From Gammaproteobacteria bacterium (GTDB lineage: Bacteria; Pseudomonadota; Gammaproteobacteria; GCA-001735895), in assembly GCA_050298595.1 (NCBI GenBank), contig JBNKUM010000076.1, forward strand, positions 64,001 through 128,000: a DNA stretch of 64,000 bases. The letters are read 5' to 3'. The translations under genes were made by a program, and so were the position numbers. Below are positions 51,774 to 62,730 of this stretch, piece after piece. The notes under the pieces were generated by a model. That model saw only the letters and a program-made list of their open reading frames with translations. It searched no databases and was not told the DNA's origin. Positions within the stretch are counted from its first letter, which is position 1, and each line of letters opens with the position of its first letter.

Positions 51774-54314
51774 ATGTCTGTATTAAATCGTGTAGTCCCA
51801 AATAATAAAGTCGGCTTTTTTACACGAACGATCCTGTTGTTAAGCGTTATATTGACGTTATTTCATCCCACGCAATCTTTAGCTGAAAATTTTAAAATCT
51901 ACACTGAAGAGTACCCACCCTACAATTACAGCGAAAATGGAAATATCACTGGCATCTCCACAGAAATTGTACGCGAGATACTGCACAGGATTAACCACCC
52001 GGACACTATTGAAGTATCCTCCTGGTCGACGGCATACCATCTGATTAAGGAAGAAGATTATATAGCTCTGTATTCCACTACCAGAGCCCCGTTTCGTGAA
52101 AACCTGTTTAAATGGGTAGGGCCGCTGGTCCCTAACAATACCGTATTATTTGCACGAACCACTGATGGTGTTTCGATTGGCTCTATTGACGATGCGAGAA
52201 AGGTCGGACAAATAGGCGTTTACAAGGATGATTATGGGGAACTCCTGTTAAAGCAAAAAGGCTTCACGAATCTACGTCCCGCACTTGATAACAGATCAAA
52301 TCTAAAAAACCTGATCGATGGCAAAATTGATCTATGGATTATCAATGAACTCACAGGCAACCAGATGGCCCGGGAAGCTGGGCAGGCAAATCTGATCAAA
52401 AAAGTTTTTGATGTACAAAAAGAGTTTATGTATATCGCTTTCTCGAAAAACACACCAGACGAGGTCATAGATAAATGGCAAAAGGCGCTCGACGAAATTA
52501 AATCAGATGGAACATATGCCCAGATTTTTAGCAAATGGATAATGTTTTCATTATCTGAAGACTTAAATCCAAAGCATCTGATAACACTTACTCAGGAAGA
52601 GCAAAATTGGCTCGATAAACATCCTGTTATATCCATGGCTTCCGATCCCACCTGGCCTCCCATAGAGTTTTACGATAATAAAGGCATTTATAGAGGAATG
52701 ACTGCAGACTATATCGCTTTACTGGAAGATAAACTGGGTATCACTTTTGCCACCAATCGATATAAAAACTGGGAAAGTGTTTTGTCTGCGGCGAAAGATC
52801 GCAAAATCAGTTTGATCACGGCTGTAGCAGCCACAACCGAAAGAAAAAAATACCTGCTTTTCAGCAAACCTTACCTGCACATACCGACCGCGATAATCGT
52901 AAATAATAAAGTTCAAGGTCAGCTAACTATGCAAGATTTAAAAGGAAAAAAAGTATCTGTGGTTTCGGGCTACGCAGTGCATGAATACATGAAGAATAAT
53001 TACCCGGGAATAGAAGTGCTCCCCGTGATAAACACGCTTGAAGGTCTACGTAATGTCGCCTATGGAAAATCTTATGCACTGATTGCGAATGTAGCGACAT
53101 CATCCTATTTAATAGAAACAGAAGTCATTCCAAACCTTCGCATAGCTGGTGAATCTGGATATACCTACAATCTGGCTTTGGCTACACGAAAAGACTGGCC
53201 ACTGCTGAACACAATTCTGGATAAAGCGCTTGATTCTATTACGCCTGAAGAGCAACAGAAGATATTCAGAAAATGGGTAACTATTGCAGACAAACCATGG
53301 ATTACCGTGAAACAGTATATTATCGGTTCAAGCATTGTAGTGGGCGTCTTTTTTATTGTTGGAATCGTACTCTGGAACCGACAGCTGAGTCACAAAGTCG
53401 AGGCAAGAACACGAGAGCTTATGGCCACTAAAGAGAACTTTAAAAATCTTTATAAAACCGCCCTGGTCGGTCTATTCCGCTCAAGCATAGATGGAACAAA
53501 AATCTATGCCGCCAATCCGGCATTTGCCAAGTTGTTTGGTTTTGAATCGGATAACCAGGTAATAGCGAAATTTATTCCCAATAAAAGTTACGTAGACAAA
53601 ACGCAAGTTGATGAGCTAATGGGTAGACTATTCAAAGAAGGAAAAGTAGAAGAATTTGAATATCTGGGTAGACGCCTGGACGGCTCTACGAGGGACTTTA
53701 TATTAAACGCTTTTCTATATAAGGAAGAAGGATACATCGAAGGGGCGATACTGGATATCACCGAACGCAAGAAGAACGATGAGATCATTCGTAAGCTTGC
53801 AATGACCGACCCGCTAACGGGCCTTGCCAACAGGAACCAGTTTAACAGCAAACTGAATGAAGCTATTACTTATAGCAAACGCTTCAAGCAAATGATAGGT
53901 CTACTGCTTATCGACCTGGATGACTTTAAACCTGTTAACGATAACTACGGACACCTGATGGGGGATAAACTTTTAATACACGTAGCAAAAGTACTCAAAG
54001 AAAGTTTTCGTCAGGTAGATACTGCAGCAAGAATGGGGGGCGATGAGTTTGCCGTTATTCTGAATGGTGTACAATCCAGAGAGGATGCATTGCGCTTGGC
54101 TGAAAAAGTATTGGCTCGTTTAACAACAGCAGCACATATCGACCAGCACAGCATTAAAATTGGAGCAAGTTTGGGGTTATGTTTCTTCCCTGAAGATGCA
54201 GGCAATGTTGAAGCAATGCTACACAATGCAGATAAGGCACTCTACAAAGCAAAAGCGCTCGGTAAAAACCAGATATGTTTTCACCAAAACGATACCAAGA
54301 CAGAAAGCCAATAA
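51774..54314 (+). CDS. Two periplasmic SBP domains, TM, PAS and GGDEF diguanylate cyclase
   Basis: EEYPPYNY and DPTWPPIEF SBP starts; DITERK; RMGGDEF. Confidence 0.9.
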   Translation: MSVLNRVVPNNKVGFFTRTILLLSVILTLFHPTQSLAENFKIYTEEYPPYNYSENGNITGISTEIVREILHRINHPDTIEVSSWSTAYHLIKEEDYIALYSTTRAPFRENLFKWVGPLVPNNTVLFARTTDGVSIGSIDDARKVGQIGVYKDDYGELLLKQKGFTNLRPALDNRSNLKNLIDGKIDLWIINELTGNQMAREAGQANLIKKVFDVQKEFMYIAFSKNTPDEVIDKWQKALDEIKSDGTYAQIFSKWIMFSLSEDLNPKHLITLTQEEQNWLDKHPVISMASDPTWPPIEFYDNKGIYRGMTADYIALLEDKLGITFATNRYKNWESVLSAAKDRKISLITAVAATTERKKYLLFSKPYLHIPTAIIVNNKVQGQLTMQDLKGKKVSVVSGYAVHEYMKNNYPGIEVLPVINTLEGLRNVAYGKSYALIANVATSSYLIETEVIPNLRIAGESGYTYNLALATRKDWPLLNTILDKALDSITPEEQQKIFRKWVTIADKPWITVKQYIIGSSIVVGVFFIVGIVLWNRQLSHKVEARTRELMATKENFKNLYKTALVGLFRSSIDGTKIYAANPAFAKLFGFESDNQVIAKFIPNKSYVDKTQVDELMGRLFKEGKVEEFEYLGRRLDGSTRDFILNAFLYKEEGYIEGAILDITERKKNDEIIRKLAMTDPLTGLANRNQFNSKLNEAITYSKRFKQMIGLLLIDLDDFKPVNDNYGHLMGDKLLIHVAKVLKESFRQVDTAARMGGDEFAVILNGVQSREDALRLAEKVLARLTTAAHIDQHSIKIGASLGLCFFPEDAGNVEAMLHNADKALYKAKALGKNQICFHQNDTKTESQ

Positions 54315-54869
54315 ATTGCACTGACTACAATTTATATCACATTAGTACGCAAAGGCTATTTAACTTTTCTTTTGCATGTTTTGCCAATAAAGCAGTATTT
54401 ACTTCTATTGTAAACGTTCCCTGTTTAATTAAAGAAAGCAGCTCTTGATGTGATAACGATGAAAAATCTGTAATACTAAGAACTCTCTTTGAGGCGGCTT
54501 ATCCCACTTTCTGTGAATAATGTGTCTTGAGTTTTATCCATTCAACTCATAAAGTATGTTACAGGTTCCTTATCTTTTTAAGATAGTATATTTTCAACGC
54601 TTTTTTTCAGCCCCAGCTGAAGGGAATACACTCACTTTGATGAGCGCATTGTTGTCCCTATCTTAATGATTTGCCCTTAAAAACCACCAACAAACCGATA
54701 TATGCAGCCATTGAAGTTGATCTTTAAAAAATAGATTACTCGAAGAGGGAACCGGAACAGTGAGAATTCATTATTATTTATAAATTTGACATTTATACAT
54801 ATTGTTACTTTCCGAGGTTGAGCATTATGCACAATGCCGAAAGATCATTCAGACAAGGAGCGCCTATGT

Positions 54870-55967
54870 ATGCAAACTTTTATTGACTGGTTGCTGACCA
54901 CTCATCCTCAGCGTCGTATCCGGCTTCAGCTCAGTGGAATCGCCACGCTATTAATGCTTGCCTGTGTTGCAGTACTTAACCTGCTCGCCAGCTCGGCCGA
55001 AGCTCAGCCGATGGCTATTTATGTGTGGACCTTCTTCGCCCTGGGCGGACTGATCACTTTCTTCATGCTCATACGCTGCGGTTATTCAGAACGCTGGCAA
55101 GATCCATCCTTGGCGCTAATACAGATAACTTACGCTATAGCTGCTGATGCTGTTGCGTATGCATTGGCTGGGGAAGGACGAGGTGTTGTTCCATCCATTC
55201 TGGCGGTTATTCTTATGTTCAGTATGTTCGGCCTGTCGCTTCGACAGATTATTATTACCTCCCTGTTCTCACTGCTATCATTCGGCTCTGCCGTGGCCTA
55301 TGTTGCATTGCATACTCAGAATAGTCATGCATGGAGTCTTGAAGTGGCCAATGCTGTGATGATCCTGATTGTACTCAGTGGAGGTACCTTCCTGACTTCC
55401 CGACTGCAGCATTTACGTGAACGTCTGCACAGGCAGAAACAGGAACTTGAAGCCGCATTAGAGCACATTCACCAGATTGCCTTATTCGACGAGTTGACTG
55501 GCCTGATGAATCGGCGTTCAATGAATGAACTTCTCGCCAAGGAATGCCTGCGCAGTGATCGCAGTGGACGAACATTTACCGTGGCATTGCTGGATATTGA
55601 CCATTTCAAAAAAATCAACGATAACTATGGGCACCGGGCAGGAGACATCGCGCTTAAAAGTTTTGCCGAAACGGCTGAACAGGCAATCCGCGCAACTGAT
55701 AAGATCGCACGCTGGGGCGGCGAGGAATTTCTGCTCATATTACCCGAAACTGAACCCCCCTCGTGTGTCATGAGTTGCCTGAATCGTATGAGGGAACGCA
55801 TTACTGCAATCGAAATCAACCACGAAGGTCAGCAATTCAGTTTCACGGTATCAATCGGTTTTAGTACACGCCGTGACAATGAACTGATCGAACACACCAT
55901 AGACCGCGCCGACCAGGCCCTCTATAGCGCCAAGCAGAGTGGGCGTGATCGTGTAGTGGCTGGCTGA
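54870..55967 (+). CDS. Membrane-bound diguanylate cyclase
   Basis: About 6 TMs, DPSL motif, RWGGEEF. Confidence 0.9.
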   Translation: MQTFIDWLLTTHPQRRIRLQLSGIATLLMLACVAVLNLLASSAEAQPMAIYVWTFFALGGLITFFMLIRCGYSERWQDPSLALIQITYAIAADAVAYALAGEGRGVVPSILAVILMFSMFGLSLRQIIITSLFSLLSFGSAVAYVALHTQNSHAWSLEVANAVMILIVLSGGTFLTSRLQHLRERLHRQKQELEAALEHIHQIALFDELTGLMNRRSMNELLAKECLRSDRSGRTFTVALLDIDHFKKINDNYGHRAGDIALKSFAETAEQAIRATDKIARWGGEEFLLILPETEPPSCVMSCLNRMRERITAIEINHEGQQFSFTVSIGFSTRRDNELIEHTIDRADQALYSAKQSGRDRVVAG

Positions 55968-56003
55968 ATTCGGAAGACTCACTCATACTGAAAGGAGATT
56001 GAT

Positions 56004-56489
56004 ATGACGAATAGAGATCCCTTGCTGACCACTGCTATTTGGGCTGGAATTTTTCCACTGCTGATAGTTGCTGGTTTCGCATCGGCACAAACCGAGCCAG
56101 CACAAAATAGTGTTCCCGTGATGTTGACGATCACAGACTATCCTGGCGAGTGGCCAGACAGTGTACCTGTTCCTATAGGACTGGTTAATATGGGCGGTAC
56201 AAAATTGAAGAAGAATAAGCATGCTCATCTTGTTTTGTACCAGACATTTTTCCCCGATCTATCAGAAACAAGCAGCGAAAGCCCCGGCAAGGATTACATT
56301 CTGACCTATGCAGAAAGGCTAAAACAGGCGGGATTCAAACAAACTAATCGCCATGATAAGCCTGGCGTCATGAATCTCAGCTTCGAGCGGGGCAAATACA
56401 AGGTTGACATTGTCTACGGCCTGATCAATACACCCAGCAGCAAAGAGCAAATTGAAATCGGCTTTGAGTTTCTTAACAACCCACCCTGA
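56004..56489 (+). CDS. Secreted hypothetical protein
   Basis: AGGAG RBS, signal peptide, WPDSVPVP and Y...L.QAGF segments. Confidence 0.65.
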   Translation: MTNRDPLLTTAIWAGIFPLLIVAGFASAQTEPAQNSVPVMLTITDYPGEWPDSVPVPIGLVNMGGTKLKKNKHAHLVLYQTFFPDLSETSSESPGKDYILTYAERLKQAGFKQTNRHDKPGVMNLSFERGKYKVDIVYGLINTPSSKEQIEIGFEFLNNPP

Positions 56490-56931
56490 TGATCATGATT
56501 CCAACATCGGCTTAATTTGCGCTCAAACTTTCACGATTACTACCTGGCACCTTTTGCTCAACCTGTAGCGGCTTCACTAAGCTACAACAAGGGTCCGATT
56601 CATAAAAACCTTGGACAATTTGAACTTGCTCTAAAGTGTTTCGAACAGGGGCTAGACTGGCTGCAACAGGCCAAACAGCTAAACCCGATTGCATAAGAGC
56701 GTGAAAATACAAACTGACTATGATCGTTTACGAAACTGAGGGTTACCCACAAATACGAGCGCTCAACTGCGGAATCCAGGATGATAGACCTGCCCCATAA
56801 AACTCTTCTTTATACGCTATGACGCTTGTTGCCGTGGGTAATGGATTTTATACTTGCACAACTCCTGTCGGACCATATCCTCCTGAATAGGCATTTGATC
56901 AAACCGACCCTTGTTCCAGTGGGCTAAAAAT

Positions 56932-58002
56932 ATGTTGAAAACCATCGTCAGATTTTTATGGGTCTTTATACTCCTGCTCTCTGCCTGTGATAAAGCGGAA
57001 AAAAGCCCTCCTGAAATCAAGCTACACCCCGATACGGATACCGTTGACTACAATGGCAGATTTACACTGTCCTGGGCGACCAGGTCGGTTGATTATTGTA
57101 TTGCTTCGGGTGACTGGAACGGAAACCTCAAGTCTTCCGGCAGTAAAACCCTGGGGCCACTTACCCGCGACAGTCTGTATGTTCTGGATTGTTATCATTC
57201 AGGCAAGGTGATCAGCGATTCGGTCGTGGTAAAGGTTCGGGCTCCCCAAACACCTCGAATCAACCTGTCGGCCAGCCCATTGAGCATTGCGTTCCGGGGT
57301 TCGACAACGGTCAGCTGGTCAAGTCAGCATGTGACTGATTGTATCGCGGACGGTGACTGGTCCGGACCGAAACAACTCAATGGCTCAGTACGCATGGAAG
57401 GGCTTGAAACCGACAGCGAATTTCGCCTGACCTGCAGTGGCCCGCAAGGAGAGGTGAGAGGGGGCATCAGTATCAATGTGCTGGAAGCCGGTATCACCGT
57501 TCCGCGCGTCACCCTGACGGCCATCCCGGCGAAGATTTCCTACAACGGCTCGACAACGCTCAGTTGGAATACGCAGAATGCCGATATTTGCCGGGCCTCA
57601 GGAAACTGGTTTGGCAGTAAAGCCCCGAACGGGACTGAAACCATCAAACAACTCACCAGTGATAGCCACTTTATTCTGAGCTGCTCCATCGCCGGAAAAG
57701 GAGGCGGCGGTGAAGGGGTCGATGCAGCCCAGGTCAGTGTCAGCCCTCCACCTCAGCCCTTGGTAACGCTGACAGCCAGCCCAGCTAGAGTAAGAAATAA
57801 TGGATCCACGACGCTGCGCTGGTCTAGCTCACACGCCGAGAGCTGCATAGCGACCGGCGACTGGTCCGGCACCAGGAGTATTTCCGGAACCCGAACAATC
57901 AACGACCTGACAAAAAAAAGCATGTTCCGCTTGAATTGTTCTGGGGTCGGCGGCCTGGGATCTGCCACGGTGACAATCACGTTGATGGATGGAGATGCAT
58001 GA
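56932..58002 (+). CDS. Lipoprotein with four Ig/PKD-like repeats
   Basis: Lipobox LSAC; four repeats of about 85 aa (TLSW..C.A.GDW.G...L...S.F.L.C). Confidence 0.8.
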   Translation: MLKTIVRFLWVFILLLSACDKAEKSPPEIKLHPDTDTVDYNGRFTLSWATRSVDYCIASGDWNGNLKSSGSKTLGPLTRDSLYVLDCYHSGKVISDSVVVKVRAPQTPRINLSASPLSIAFRGSTTVSWSSQHVTDCIADGDWSGPKQLNGSVRMEGLETDSEFRLTCSGPQGEVRGGISINVLEAGITVPRVTLTAIPAKISYNGSTTLSWNTQNADICRASGNWFGSKAPNGTETIKQLTSDSHFILSCSIAGKGGGGEGVDAAQVSVSPPPQPLVTLTASPARVRNNGSTTLRWSSSHAESCIATGDWSGTRSISGTRTINDLTKKSMFRLNCSGVGGLGSATVTITLMDGDA

Positions 58003-58286
58003 TCGTTTACGCGAGTCATATTTTGAAAAAAATTGCGTGACTTCGAATTAAGATCGCCGTACTTTACTTCGCGACAGGGGGGAGTAATGGTTCCCAGGAG
58101 CGGACAAATTTGTCAGGAACGAATTTATGAGTCACTTCCCTGTGACTCAACTGTGAACAGGTCTGCGAAGCTGCGGTGCCACAGGCGGAGTCACTTAGGC
58201 TCCCAGGTCCAGGTCATACGCGCGGCCTGGCCATTTACTGTCACTGTGACTTTTGTCAATCGAAATTAGACACTCGAATCTAGATT

Positions 58287-58727
58287 CTAGCCTTGGTCTT
58301 TATCCGGTTTGCTTGACATAAAATCATCAAACTCCTGTTGATCCTGACGGCGTTTTAGATTGTCTCGATAGGCACGAAATGCGTCGGCTCGCTTACGGAT
58401 CTCTTCTTTGATTTCCTGAATTCGGTCATATTGGGTCTGCTGGAAATCATTAAAAACACTGTTATCACTGTCGTTATTAGATCCATCAGAACGAGATCTA
58501 AAAACCTGATTCCACTTGTTACGCACCCAGCCAGGTAGTTCCTGAACAGGATGCCCAAGAATTGTCCACAGCAATACCACAAAACCTAATGGTGGAAAAA
58601 TAATAAACCCCAGAACCATTGCAGCAATATTTGCACCACTCCAGTGGCCTCTACCGCACAACCGCATTCCACAGTGGTAACGCTGGTCGCGTGATTCTTC
58701 AGCAGTTGAATAATTTGTCGATGACAT
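58287..58727 (-). CDS. DUF2852 family protein
   Basis: IAAMVLGFIIFPPLG, NSVFNDF and DQQEFDDFM motifs. Confidence 0.8.
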   Translation of the reverse strand: MSSTNYSTAEESRDQRYHCGMRLCGRGHWSGANIAAMVLGFIIFPPLGFVVLLWTILGHPVQELPGWVRNKWNQVFRSRSDGSNNDSDNSVFNDFQQTQYDRIQEIKEEIRKRADAFRAYRDNLKRRQDQQEFDDFMSSKPDKDQG

Positions 58728-58774
58728 GGTGTTTTTCCTCTCGTGTTAAAGAAAACAAACTAAGTAGCACATTT

Positions 58775-58860
58775 AAAGTTAACGCTGTTCACATAGAATG
58801 TAATGCAATGGACCAGAGTTTTCAAGGCCTGGTGAAGAAAAAAGTTAACAATGTTCACAT
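58775..58860. promoter_or_regulatory. Two TetR-type operators AAAGTTAACRMTGTTCACAT
   Basis: 58775-58794 and 58841-58860, 18/20 identical, quasi-palindromic, between divergent genes. Confidence 0.7.
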
Positions 58861-58879
58861 TAAGTGTTACAAATACATC

Positions 58880-59485
58880 ATGAAAAGAGAGAAAAAACAC
58901 TATCACCACGGTCATCTGGCCGAATCATTACTCGATGCAGTCGATGAAATTGCTTCCAGGTTTGGTTTAGAGGCGGTAACGCTGCGTGGTTGCGCAAAAC
59001 TCGTTGGTGTTTCACCGGCAGCAGCATTTCGACACTACACCGACAAGCGCGCTCTGCTGACCGCATTTGCCGCACGCGCTGTAAATCAACTGGCCGATGC
59101 TATGGAGGACGCAAAATCCAAAGCAAATGAAAAAGGAGAGCGCGAATTTCTGTCGGTAGGCATGGCGTACATAGAGTTTACCCTGAACAAACCTGCTTTT
59201 TTTCGCGCAATGTGGCGTGAGGAAACCATCTATTGCCAGGATCAAGACTACCTTGCAGCCACTGAACGGCTGGCAGGCTACCTGAAGGGGGGATTTGTGC
59301 AAACAATCGACGACGATGACCCGACCAATTTCAGTACTCAGGAACTATTAGCCTGGTCTTGCGTTCACGGACTTGCCAATCTATTCATTGATGGGCCCGT
59401 TGGTAAAAGCAAAAATCATGGTGAAAAATTAGATTTAGCCAGTGATGTTATTCACCAACTGATGCCAGCGTTAAACAGTCGCTAA
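58880..59485 (+). CDS. TetR family regulator (WHG-type C-terminus)
   Basis: YHHGHL, GVSPAAAFRHY and WSCVHG motifs. Confidence 0.9.
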   Translation: MKREKKHYHHGHLAESLLDAVDEIASRFGLEAVTLRGCAKLVGVSPAAAFRHYTDKRALLTAFAARAVNQLADAMEDAKSKANEKGEREFLSVGMAYIEFTLNKPAFFRAMWREETIYCQDQDYLAATERLAGYLKGGFVQTIDDDDPTNFSTQELLAWSCVHGLANLFIDGPVGKSKNHGEKLDLASDVIHQLMPALNSR

Positions 59486-59824
59486 TATCTATCGGCAGGC
59501 CTGAAGCGGTCATTTCCGGGTTGGAGCGAATCTTCAGAGAGCGGAAATACTATAAAAAATCTTTAACCCGAATTCAAAAACCACGGCCTGATCAGAAAGC
59601 GCCCAGTTTGAAAACGCCGATATACCGCCGCTGTGGCTTCGTAAGAGCACACTACTCCAGATATGAGATGAACATTATAGATATTCCACTGAATTAAGCT
59701 TTGTAAATGAAGAGGTTATGAGTTACCTGGATCAAACCCAGTGTTATCTGCCTGGGAAATATTTATTTTTAGTCGCTACTCATATACTTCTATCATTCGC
59801 CGTTAACGAATAAAGCTCTTTAAA

Positions 59825-62251
59825 TTAAAACAGTCCCATCTGTTTATCCACAATACCTTTAAATGACTGACCAATAAACGGTAGTATACCGTCGGCTATT
59901 GGTTCTAGCTGACGATCCACATAGAATTGATGATCTATTTTGGCCGAAACATAGTCTATGGGCTGAGGCCCATTAACCGTCATAACGTATGATATCCAGC
60001 CTTTATTTTGATGCTTTAATGATTTCCCCCGCTTTAAGTTTTCTTCATCGGCTACTCTGGCGGCCCTGACATGGGGAGGCACATTCTTAACATAGCTGTT
60101 CAGTTTTCTTCTTAATCGCTTTCGAAAAACCAATTCTGAATCTCTCTCACCCGAGAGTGTCTGGCGAACTGTTTCGATAATAAAGTCCAGTGGGTTCATA
60201 TCATTAAATACCATTTGATATAGCTTTAACTGAAAGTCTTTGGCGAGCTCCGTCCAGTCAGTTCTTACATTTTCCAGCCCTTTAAAAATTAGCCTTTCCA
60301 TTTCACCTGTTTTCAATAGCCCAGCATAACGTTTTTTGCTGCCGTGCTCTGATCCTCTTATGGTTGGCATTAAGAAGCGGGAGAAATGAGATTCAAATTC
60401 TATTTCAAGAAAACAGTTAATTTTGTACTCTTGCGCCAATTTAGATTGCCATTGCTGATTAATCATCTTCGCCAGTGATTGCCCGATTTCGTTGGCCTGT
60501 TGATCGCTTACACTTTCATTTAACAATACGAAGGTTGAATCCGTATCACCATAGATAACCTCATACCCCTCTGCTTCAATCCATCTTGCTGTTTGCTGCA
60601 TAATCTCATGACCGCGCAGTGTTATCGAGCTCGCAAGTTTTGTATCGTAAAAAGGACAGCCCCCTGACCCAAGTACTCCATAAAAGGAATTCATGATGAT
60701 TTTAATGGCCTTTGATCGAGCCTGATCATTATCTTTTTTTGCCTGATCGCGCTTTGCCCACAAATCTGTAATGATGTCAGGTAAAAGATGCTTATCTCTT
60801 GAAAAACAGGCTCCTCTAAAGCCCTTAATGGCCTTCTCAGGATCTTTACCTCCCTCGATTAAACCGAGTGGGTCAATTTTAAATGTGCGGATTATCGATG
60901 GGTACAGGCTCTTAAAATCGAGCACAAGTACATGTTTATATAAACCCGGCTTTGAATTCATTACATATCCACCGGGGCTTGCCAATCCACCACCTTCTGG
61001 CAAGTTTGGAGAAACATAACCCTGCCGATGCAATTTCGGTAAATATAGATTGATAAATGCCGCGACCGAACCACCTGCTCGATCCAGTTCAAGACCTGTC
61101 AGTTGGCTGCGAAAAACGAGATAATCCAGTAGTTTAATTTTTTCAAAAATATCCCACACCAGGACACAGTCCTGCAGGTTATATTCAGCCAGTTTTACTT
61201 TGTTACTTTTAAAATCTTCAGTTATCGTTTGCAGTCGATTCTCGACATCATCCGTTTGCTTTCCTCGCCCCAGAAAATGTTGCCCTATGGTTTCTAAACT
61301 AAAACTTGGAAAACTGTATGCTTCCGCTTTAAGTGCTGCAATACCATCAATAACCACGCGTCCATCAATTGTAATAAACCCCTGATTGACTTCATTACGG
61401 CTATCGCGCCAGTGCATGGGAGATTGATCCCGCCCTAATTTTAACGTTAAGTTATGCAAAGCCGCCCGCTTAGCCAATACCCTGAAATCAAAATTGATGA
61501 CATTCCAGCCAATGATGATATCGGGATCAAGAACCTGTATGGTTTGCTCTAGAGACTGTAATAAACAGAGCTCATCCTTAACCCATTCGATATATTCTGC
61601 TGCCGCCTCCCTATCGCTCAATTTATCAGGCTGAATCATGATAACTTTTTTATAGTTTAACAAATTATCCTGTTTACTCTCCCCTGAATAAAACCCAATA
61701 CTGTATAACTCGCCTTGTTCTGAACATTCGATATCTAATGAAACCGTTTTGAAGGTGGGAATATAATTCCCCGGTTTTATTTTTATATGCTGATATTCGA
61801 AATAATTATTTTTTGCCTGCACAGTTACAGCCGTTTCTCTGCCGATAAAATCAACACTTCCATATATAAAACGCTCCATCAGGTAGCGCTCTTCAAGTCT
61901 TATATTGCCTTCATAAACCTCAATGCCAACTTGCATGAGTATTTCTCTGGCATCATAGAAATCTCGAATATTATTAAAATAAATACCTGCGACATCATGT
62001 TGAGAGAATGTCTGAAGATGTAACGGTTTATATGAAAAATATATATTGCTGGATTTCAGCAATTTCTCAGCACTGGGTATATTTATCTGTTTAATAAAAA
62101 ATACAGGTTGCTGGTCATATAGACAAAGCTTCACAGGACCTTTTGCTGTAGCAAACCATAGTACGATGGCAGCTTTACCACGTACATCAAAGCTCTGCCG
62201 CGTTAGCAAAAACCCTCTATTCAAAACATGGTTATTGGCAATTTCATTCAT
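59825..62251 (-). CDS. polB: DNA polymerase II
   Basis: SLDIE, DFKSLYPS, KIIMNSFYG, YGDTDS, SKKRYAG and C-terminal clamp motif QMGLF. Confidence 0.96.
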   Translation of the reverse strand: MNEIANNHVLNRGFLLTRQSFDVRGKAAIVLWFATAKGPVKLCLYDQQPVFFIKQINIPSAEKLLKSSNIYFSYKPLHLQTFSQHDVAGIYFNNIRDFYDAREILMQVGIEVYEGNIRLEERYLMERFIYGSVDFIGRETAVTVQAKNNYFEYQHIKIKPGNYIPTFKTVSLDIECSEQGELYSIGFYSGESKQDNLLNYKKVIMIQPDKLSDREAAAEYIEWVKDELCLLQSLEQTIQVLDPDIIIGWNVINFDFRVLAKRAALHNLTLKLGRDQSPMHWRDSRNEVNQGFITIDGRVVIDGIAALKAEAYSFPSFSLETIGQHFLGRGKQTDDVENRLQTITEDFKSNKVKLAEYNLQDCVLVWDIFEKIKLLDYLVFRSQLTGLELDRAGGSVAAFINLYLPKLHRQGYVSPNLPEGGGLASPGGYVMNSKPGLYKHVLVLDFKSLYPSIIRTFKIDPLGLIEGGKDPEKAIKGFRGACFSRDKHLLPDIITDLWAKRDQAKKDNDQARSKAIKIIMNSFYGVLGSGGCPFYDTKLASSITLRGHEIMQQTARWIEAEGYEVIYGDTDSTFVLLNESVSDQQANEIGQSLAKMINQQWQSKLAQEYKINCFLEIEFESHFSRFLMPTIRGSEHGSKKRYAGLLKTGEMERLIFKGLENVRTDWTELAKDFQLKLYQMVFNDMNPLDFIIETVRQTLSGERDSELVFRKRLRRKLNSYVKNVPPHVRAARVADEENLKRGKSLKHQNKGWISYVMTVNGPQPIDYVSAKIDHQFYVDRQLEPIADGILPFIGQSFKGIVDKQMGLF

Positions 62252-62730
62252 TATTTATTTTCCAATGATCCTCCCCCACCTTCTAATTCGGCCTTATACA
62301 ATTCTACAGTGAAGCTCGGGCTATTTATTGTTATTTACTTCTGTCATCATCTCTTCCTGTTAGTAGAGTTTATTTGTAAACCCAGCTCTTGAATCACATT
62401 GTGGGTCGCCCTATGTAAATTATTGTTTAAACTGATATTTTATCCAAAAACTGGAGATTATTCAGGCTTAAACCACCCATTTGACTATCAGAATCAACCC
62501 TGTGCAAAAAGCGAATTGCTCAGGGTATAGCCCCCTTCCTTAAAGTTCATATTTTCCCTGTTAAACTGATCCTTTAAGGAGAAAATCTTTGGTTTAAATG
62601 AGCAATAAACTCATAGAACCAAAGAGTTGTCCAGGTCCGACCTGGTTTTAGCTGGGGTGATTTTAATTCTGGGTCCGACCCGGTATTGTTCTAAAGGCAT
62701 GGTGCCTACGAACCCCTTATTGGGGGGAAT

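Noticed and set aside
56720-58011. 13-bp direct repeat ATGATCGTTTACG flanking the repeat lipoprotein gene
   Set aside because: About one such nearby 13-mer match is expected by chance in 64 kb, and there is no transposase or matching terminal repeats.
58619-58879. N-terminal extension of the TetR ORF in the track
   Set aside because: It overlaps DUF2852 and the operators; the real start is most likely the ATG at 58880.
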